From NCBI GenBank assembly GCA_035291225.1, contig DATDSO010000010.1:11163-75162 (forward strand): a DNA stretch of 64,000 nt. The letters run 5' to 3'. This document shows positions 59,425 through 64,000 of this stretch, piece after piece; positions within the stretch are counted from its first letter, which is position 1, and every line of letters starts with the position of its first letter. The translations under genes were made by a program, and so were the position numbers. The DNA is from an archaeon. Its GTDB lineage: Archaea > Aenigmatarchaeota > Aenigmatarchaeia > Aenigmatarchaeales > JACQIB01. Under the pieces are notes generated by a model, which was not told the DNA's origin, searched no databases, and was given only the letters and a program-made list of their open reading frames with translations.

Positions 59425-60213
59425 ATGGATTTGACAATAATCAAAGTCGGCGGCTCGGTTATAACGGATAAAAAAAGTTTAGAGCCGAAAGTCAATGAAA
59501 AAAATCTGGAAATTTTCGCGCGCGATGTTTCGGAAATTTTTAGAAAGAATTCTGCGCGCTTAATTATTTGCCACGGAGCAGGCTCGTATGGGCACCAGAT
59601 TGTTAAGAGAACTGGAATTCACAAGGGAATTGAAACCGCCGAGCAGGTTCATGCATTTGCTGAAACTCAAAAACAAATGAATGAGCTGAATGTTTTGGTT
59701 TGCTCTGCGCTTTTGAAAAATGGAGTGCCGGCAATTCCTACTCAGGTGAGCGCGAATGTTGTTATGGACGCTGGGAGAATTTCTGAGTGGGACACAAAAG
59801 CAATTGAAGGATTTTTGGAAGTGGGAATGGTTCCAGTTGTTTATGGAGTGCCTGCTTTTGACAAAAAACAGAAATGCTCAATTCTAAGCGGGGACCAGAT
59901 TGCGCCCTTTCTCGCGAAAAAATTGGGCGCAAGAAAAATTATTCATGGAACAAATGTGGATGGGATTTTTACTGCAGACCCGAATTTGGATTCGGCCGCG
60001 GAAAGGATTCCGGAAATTAATTCTGAAAATTTAGAGAGTGTGAAAAATTTGCTTGGAGAATCTTCAGCAACAGATGTGACAGGCGGGATGTTTGGAAAGG
60101 TTTCAGAGCTTTTAGATTTGGGAGTTGAGTCGCAGATTGTTAATGCATTTTTGCCTGGGAGGGTTGTTGAAGCGTTTGAAGGGAAGAGTGTTGGGACGAA
60201 AATAGTGATGTGA
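59425..60213 (+). CDS. ipk: Isopentenyl phosphate kinase
   Basis: Amino-acid-kinase fold: LTIIKVGGSVITDK.., ..IICHGAGSYGH.., ..ILSGDQI... ATG is 25.5 nt from TATA 59396-59403. Confidence 0.8.
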   Translation: MDLTIIKVGGSVITDKKSLEPKVNEKNLEIFARDVSEIFRKNSARLIICHGAGSYGHQIVKRTGIHKGIETAEQVHAFAETQKQMNELNVLVCSALLKNGVPAIPTQVSANVVMDAGRISEWDTKAIEGFLEVGMVPVVYGVPAFDKKQKCSILSGDQIAPFLAKKLGARKIIHGTNVDGIFTADPNLDSAAERIPEINSENLESVKNLLGESSATDVTGGMFGKVSELLDLGVESQIVNAFLPGRVVEAFEGKSVGTKIVM

Positions 60214-61029
60214 TTGACTACAATTTTAAAAATCGGAGGATCTGAAGTTACGGATAAGCGGAAGGCTGTTGAGCCAAAAGGAGATTTACATTCTACGGTT
60301 GAAGCTTACTTTAGGCGCGCTGATGTGGAAAGATACGCAAGAGAATTGATGGAAGGCTTAGATGGTGGGAGAGATATCATTCTTATACATGGTGCAGGAG
60401 CTTCTGCTCATTATGAACTTGAAGTAGCATATCCGACTCATAAGTCTCCACAAAGAGTAATAGAAGCCGCATCTTATACTAGCAAATTATTTTGTGAAAC
60501 TTTAGAAGATTGCGGTTTGAAAGTCCGTAGGCATGAGCCCGCGGAGCTTGTAACAAACATGGAAAAAGGGATTGAATGGGCAAAACTTATGCGCGAGTTT
60601 GATAATGATATTGCGGACGGAGTTATTCCTGTCGCTCACGGAACTCTTGTAAGAAGCGGCGTAGGCGGACCATATGATGGCTATGTTGTTTTGTCGGGGG
60701 ATGTTGTTCCTATTCAAGCAGCAGTTCATAAAAAACAAAGAACGCTTTTCTTTACTTCAGACCAGAGAGGAATTTATGACAGAAATCCTTCAGAGCCTGG
60801 AGCAGTGCTTTTGAGAAGAATAACGCCATCGGAAGATGTTGGAAAATATTCTATCCGCGGAAGAGAAGCAGATGTTTCTGGCGGGCCTCTTGGAAAAGCA
60901 AGGTTGCTTCAGGCTGCTGTGCGTGAGCATGGAATAACGTCACATATTTTCAGCGCAATGGAACATGGAAACATAAGAGAAGTCTTGCAGGGAAATTTAG
61001 AAGTTGTTGGAACAACCATATGTCAGTAA
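60214..61029 (+). CDS. Second IPK/FomA-like amino-acid-kinase-family paralogue, unknown substrate
   Basis: TTG start directly after the ipk stop. TILKIGGSEVTDK.., ..ILIHGAGASAH.., ..VLSGDVV... Codon pattern differs from ipk. Confidence 0.6.
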   Translation: MTTILKIGGSEVTDKRKAVEPKGDLHSTVEAYFRRADVERYARELMEGLDGGRDIILIHGAGASAHYELEVAYPTHKSPQRVIEAASYTSKLFCETLEDCGLKVRRHEPAELVTNMEKGIEWAKLMREFDNDIADGVIPVAHGTLVRSGVGGPYDGYVVLSGDVVPIQAAVHKKQRTLFFTSDQRGIYDRNPSEPGAVLLRRITPSEDVGKYSIRGREADVSGGPLGKARLLQAAVREHGITSHIFSAMEHGNIREVLQGNLEVVGTTICQ

Positions 61030-61063
61030 AAAAATATTTAAGTTTCCAAAGTTAGCAATCATA

Positions 61064-62089
61064 ATGCCAGAACTCCTTGATGTTGTAGATGAAAATGACA
61101 ATGTAATCGGTCAGGAAGAGAGAGATGTTTGTCTAGCAAAAAATCTTCTGCACCGCTCGGTCCATGTTTTTGTTTTCAATTCAAAGGGAGAGCTTTTGCT
61201 GCAAAAGCGCTCTATGAAAAAGAAAATTTTTCCCGGCAGGTGGTGCGCGTCTTGCTCTGGCCATGTTTCTGCTGGGCAAACTTATGAAGAGGCGGCTGTG
61301 CGCGAGCTTGAAGAGGAAATTGGAGTTTCTGTTGAGAATTTGAAATTTGTTGCGAAATTTTTTGATTTGAATCCTGTTGATAGCGAGATTGCAAAACTTT
61401 ACACAACTTCGCATGAAGGCCCTTTCAAAATTCAGGAAGAGGAAGTGGATGAGGTAAAATTTTTGCCTATGGAAAAAATAAAAGAGGAAATAAAAAATTC
61501 TCCGGAAAAATATACATCGGATTTTGCGCTGGCGTTGAGTGTATTTTTAAATTCTTCCGCAGCAAAATCATCCATGCCAGAAATGATAATTCTTGTTGAT
61601 GAAAACGATAAAGAAATTGGCGCAGAGGAAAAAGTCCGTGCGCATGAGAATGGAGGAAAACTCCACCGCTCGTTTTCAATTTTTGTTTTCAATTCACGTG
61701 GGGAAATGCTTTTGCAATTGCGCGCAAAGAAAAAATATCATTTTGGCGGGCTTTGGTCAAACACCTGCTGCAGCCATCCGAATGCTGGGGAAAGCTTGGA
61801 GAGTGCTGTGCATAGAAAATTGAAGCAGGAAATGGGGTTTGATGCCGAGCTGAAAGAGGCTTTTAGTTTTATTTACAAAGTTGAGGATAAAAATTCCGGT
61901 TTGACTGAATGGGAGTTTGACCATGTTTTTATTGGAAAGCATGATGGAGAAGTTCCGTTAAATCCTGAAGAGGCGGATGATTTCAAATTTGTTTCTGTGC
62001 CAGAGCTGAAACAAGATGTTGAAAAAAATCCGGAAAAATATACTTTATGGTTTAGAACAGCATTGCCGAAAGTTTTAGAAAAAATTTAA
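61064..62089 (+). CDS. idi: Tandem fusion: Nudix hydrolase domain plus type 1 isopentenyl-diphosphate isomerase
   Basis: N half: ..HRSVHVFVFNSKGELLLQKRS..GHVSAGQTYEEAAVRELEEEIGV (Nudix box). C half: ..HRSFSIFVFNSRGEMLLQLRAKKK..WSNTCCSHP..EWEFDHVF..PEKYTLWF (IDI1 Cys/Glu motifs). Confidence 0.8.
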   Translation: MPELLDVVDENDNVIGQEERDVCLAKNLLHRSVHVFVFNSKGELLLQKRSMKKKIFPGRWCASCSGHVSAGQTYEEAAVRELEEEIGVSVENLKFVAKFFDLNPVDSEIAKLYTTSHEGPFKIQEEEVDEVKFLPMEKIKEEIKNSPEKYTSDFALALSVFLNSSAAKSSMPEMIILVDENDKEIGAEEKVRAHENGGKLHRSFSIFVFNSRGEMLLQLRAKKKYHFGGLWSNTCCSHPNAGESLESAVHRKLKQEMGFDAELKEAFSFIYKVEDKNSGLTEWEFDHVFIGKHDGEVPLNPEEADDFKFVSVPELKQDVEKNPEKYTLWFRTALPKVLEKI

Positions 62090-62090
62090 T

Positions 62091-62471
62091 TTATTTCTTC
62101 TCGGGCTTTTTCTCTTCCATTAAATTCATTTCAACATGTATGCCGCCAATCACGCTTGCGGTTAAATTGTAAATCAGCGCGCCGATAATTCCTGCGAGAA
62201 ATCCAATTATCAAACTGAGAATTGGAAATGCTATTATTGCTATGCCAGAAATTCCTGCGAGAAGTGAGCTTGCTGTGGAAGCTGCGCCGCTTGCTGCTTG
62301 AGAAGCGCCAAGCAACGGAATTGAACTGATTAGCGGCCCGATAATTCCTGAGATTGTCTGCAAAGCAAGAGAGGCTAAAATTCCGTTTATCAAACCAAGG
62401 ATTGCAGCAATTATTGCTGTGATTTTTCCAACCGAGAGCGGGTCCAAGTGCTTGAATTCATATTTTGGCAT
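62091..62471 (-). CDS. Hypothetical membrane protein (Gly/Ala/Ile-rich, 3 TM)
   Basis: Hydrophobic 126-aa ORF. Confidence 0.5.
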   Translation of the reverse strand: MPKYEFKHLDPLSVGKITAIIAAILGLINGILASLALQTISGIIGPLISSIPLLGASQAASGAASTASSLLAGISGIAIIAFPILSLIIGFLAGIIGALIYNLTASVIGGIHVEMNLMEEKKPEKK

Positions 62472-62688
62472 AGAAAATTTCGTATGTGCCTAAATAAAAA
62501 GATTTTTCTAATATAACGTCGTAATAATTAACAGTGTAATAATCTATAATCACGAAAAAATGGTTAGTTATCTTTATAAGCCGGCTTCACTCATATGGTA
62601 AAGCTAAAAAACTAAAACCGCGCCTGTGTGATAGTGAATAAATTTTAGTGTGCAGTCTGCGAGCAGTTGCGGTTCTATCGGTGAAACG

Positions 62689-62853
62689 ATGAAATGCGAC
62701 ATATGCAGAATACCCATGCCTGACGTTAAGGCAGTAGGCTACATACGGATACCAAACAGCGACAATGACACGAAAATCTGCGAATGCAAGAAGTGCTACA
62801 ACAAGCGACGAACAAGGACCTCAAAAATTCTAAAATCCTGGGCAATTAACTAG
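62689..62853 (+). CDS. Small Cys-rich (zinc-finger-like) basic protein, 54 aa
   Basis: GGTGAAACG-ATG; MKCDICRIP...CECKKCYNKRRTRTSK. Confidence 0.35.
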   Translation: MKCDICRIPMPDVKAVGYIRIPNSDNDTKICECKKCYNKRRTRTSKILKSWAIN

Positions 62854-62888
62854 CGGCTTAACTTTTTCCGCTTTTGTTTTTTCTTTTT

Positions 62889-63245
62889 TTATTTTCTGTT
62901 CAGCTTTAGCTGGGTTTTCCATCTATTCTCATGGTCAGAAAGTTTTTTGTCTATTGCGGAATTCAAATCCGCATTCAGATATTTTGAAAGAATCGAGAGC
63001 GCAATTATAATGTCTGTGATTTCCTTTCCGGCTTCCTCTGCTGCCTGCTCTTTTGTAAAAGCAGTTTTGTGCGGTGATTGCCTCCCCTTTGCGCGCAAAA
63101 CAACTTCAGTAAGCTCACCAATTTCCTCCATTAATTTCATCATCGTCATGAATTCTGCTTCTTTATCTGGATGAAGTTCGCGTATCATTCTTTCTATTTC
63201 CCACGCGCGCCCGACAACCTCGGATATAGTTAGCTCTTTAGGCAT
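62889..63245 (-). CDS. MazG-like nucleotide pyrophosphohydrolase
   Basis: ..KLMEEIGELTEVVL.. and ..EEAGKEITDIIIALSILSKYLNADL..: EExxE/ExxD helical pairs. Confidence 0.6.
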   Translation of the reverse strand: MPKELTISEVVGRAWEIERMIRELHPDKEAEFMTMMKLMEEIGELTEVVLRAKGRQSPHKTAFTKEQAAEEAGKEITDIIIALSILSKYLNADLNSAIDKKLSDHENRWKTQLKLNRK

Positions 63246-63303
63246 GAAAAACAATAGAATAACCAGATTAAAAAGATATTAAAATTAAAAAAATTTAATC
63301 AGT

Positions 63304-63478
63304 TTACTTTCCTCCGAGCTTGTGCGCTTTCACAAAAGCCCAAAGCTTTTTTGTCATTGTGCTTGGCGGCATTCCTCCTTTTCCGAAGATTTTTGAGATT
63401 GGCCAGTCAGCGACTTTGTCAAAATTTACAGAGTATCCGCCGAAAGCGGCCTTTTTCTTTTTTCCGAGTCCGAACATA
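63304..63478 (-). pseudogene. Possible frameshifted small basic protein with SWIB-like N-terminal half
   Basis: GGGGGTGA SD plus ATG 63478 gives MFGLGKKKKAAFGGYSVNFGQSR*. The -1 frame continues ..DKVADWPISKIFGKGGMPPSTMTKKLWAFVKAHKLGGK*. An extra G in AATTTTGGAC joins the frames. Confidence 0.3.
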
Positions 63479-63595
63479 TTTTCACCCCCATTTGCATTTT
63501 TTTAATTAAAAGATTTTCCAAAAATAATTCGGTTTCCCTATTTAAAAAACAATGGAAGAGCTCATTTGACTTCCGCAACCTTAACCACATGCCAC

Positions 63596-63648
63596 AATCG
63601 AAACCTTTTGGGTTTCGATTTGCATAAAAATCATGAAATGATTTTTAT
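63596..63648 (-). terminator. Two perfect tandem hairpins downstream of the parvulin gene
   Basis: AATCGAAACC-TTTTG-GGTTTCGATT (63596-63620) and ATAAAAATCAT-GAA-ATGATTTTTAT (63624-63648), 18 nt past the stop at 63666. Confidence 0.3.
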
Positions 63649-63665
63649 TGCAGCCGAATTCTGTT

Positions 63666-63947
63666 TTACCTAACTTCAGCGACTTTTATTATATGCCAAC
63701 CAAACTCCGTCTTAACAGGAACAGAAATTTGGTTTGGCTTTAAATTGAAAGCTGCATTCTCAAATTCTCTAACCATTCTTCCGCGGCCGAACCAGCCCAA
63801 ATCCCCGCCGCGCTTTGATGACGGGCACATGCTTTTCATTTGCGCGAGCCGCGTGAAATTTGCTCCAGAATTCAAATCAACAACAATCTGTTTTGCCTCT
63901 TCCTCTGTTTTTACCAGAATGTGGAATGCATGGACCTGTGAAACCAT
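63666..63947 (-). CDS. Parvulin-type peptidyl-prolyl cis-trans isomerase
   Basis: ..HAFHILVKTEEEAKQI.., ..SSKRGGDLGWFGRGRMVREFENAAF.., ..TEFGWHIIKV. Confidence 0.85.
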   Translation of the reverse strand: MVSQVHAFHILVKTEEEAKQIVVDLNSGANFTRLAQMKSMCPSSKRGGDLGWFGRGRMVREFENAAFNLKPNQISVPVKTEFGWHIIKVAEVR

Positions 63948-64000
63948 AAGAAAAATCTATCTTTCAGGTTTAAATAACTTTTGTAATTTTACTGCTGCCC

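Overview
AT-rich, very gene-dense archaeal chromosome segment. Archaeal markers: PCNA, a fused PriS-PriL primase, Mre11/Rad50/HerA/NurA, Bud32, RpoF, ribosomal proteins S27e, L44e, L37e, S3Ae, S15 and S26e, an SRP RNA with an archaeal Alu domain, and TATA-box promoters. By inference it comes from a small-genome, DPANN-like symbiont: fused primase, multi-intron tRNAs, many huge Thr-linker surface proteins, and only a fragmentary isoprenoid gene set. About 85 protein genes, 5 tRNAs (all intron-containing, three with two introns, CCA encoded) and 1 SRP RNA can be supported. No rRNA, CRISPR array, transposase or integrase was seen. Most notable: (1) an 11-gene operon (1-7551) of prepilin-like proteins, including 740-aa and 778-aa Cys-rich members and a CARDB-tipped subunit, a candidate novel filament or attachment apparatus; (2) a surface-protein repertoire (an 1840-aa repeat protein, CARDB lipoprotein paralogues, FN3 proteins sharing a C-terminal anchor module); (3) near-identical about 70-nt introns at the same T-loop position of two different tRNAs; (4) a family of GC-rich hairpin repeats with conserved tandem G-A mismatches just upstream of TATA boxes, plus a second operator-like repeat at fixed distance from two promoters; (5) a GGPPS / HAD-like / IPK / IPK-paralogue / Nudix::IDI1-fusion cluster; (6) a 48-bp promoter duplication flanking an inserted gene; (7) near-invariant TATA-to-start spacing implying leaderless mRNAs and shared palindromic bidirectional TATA boxes. 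All calls come from reading the sequence and recalling family motifs. No searches or statistics were run.
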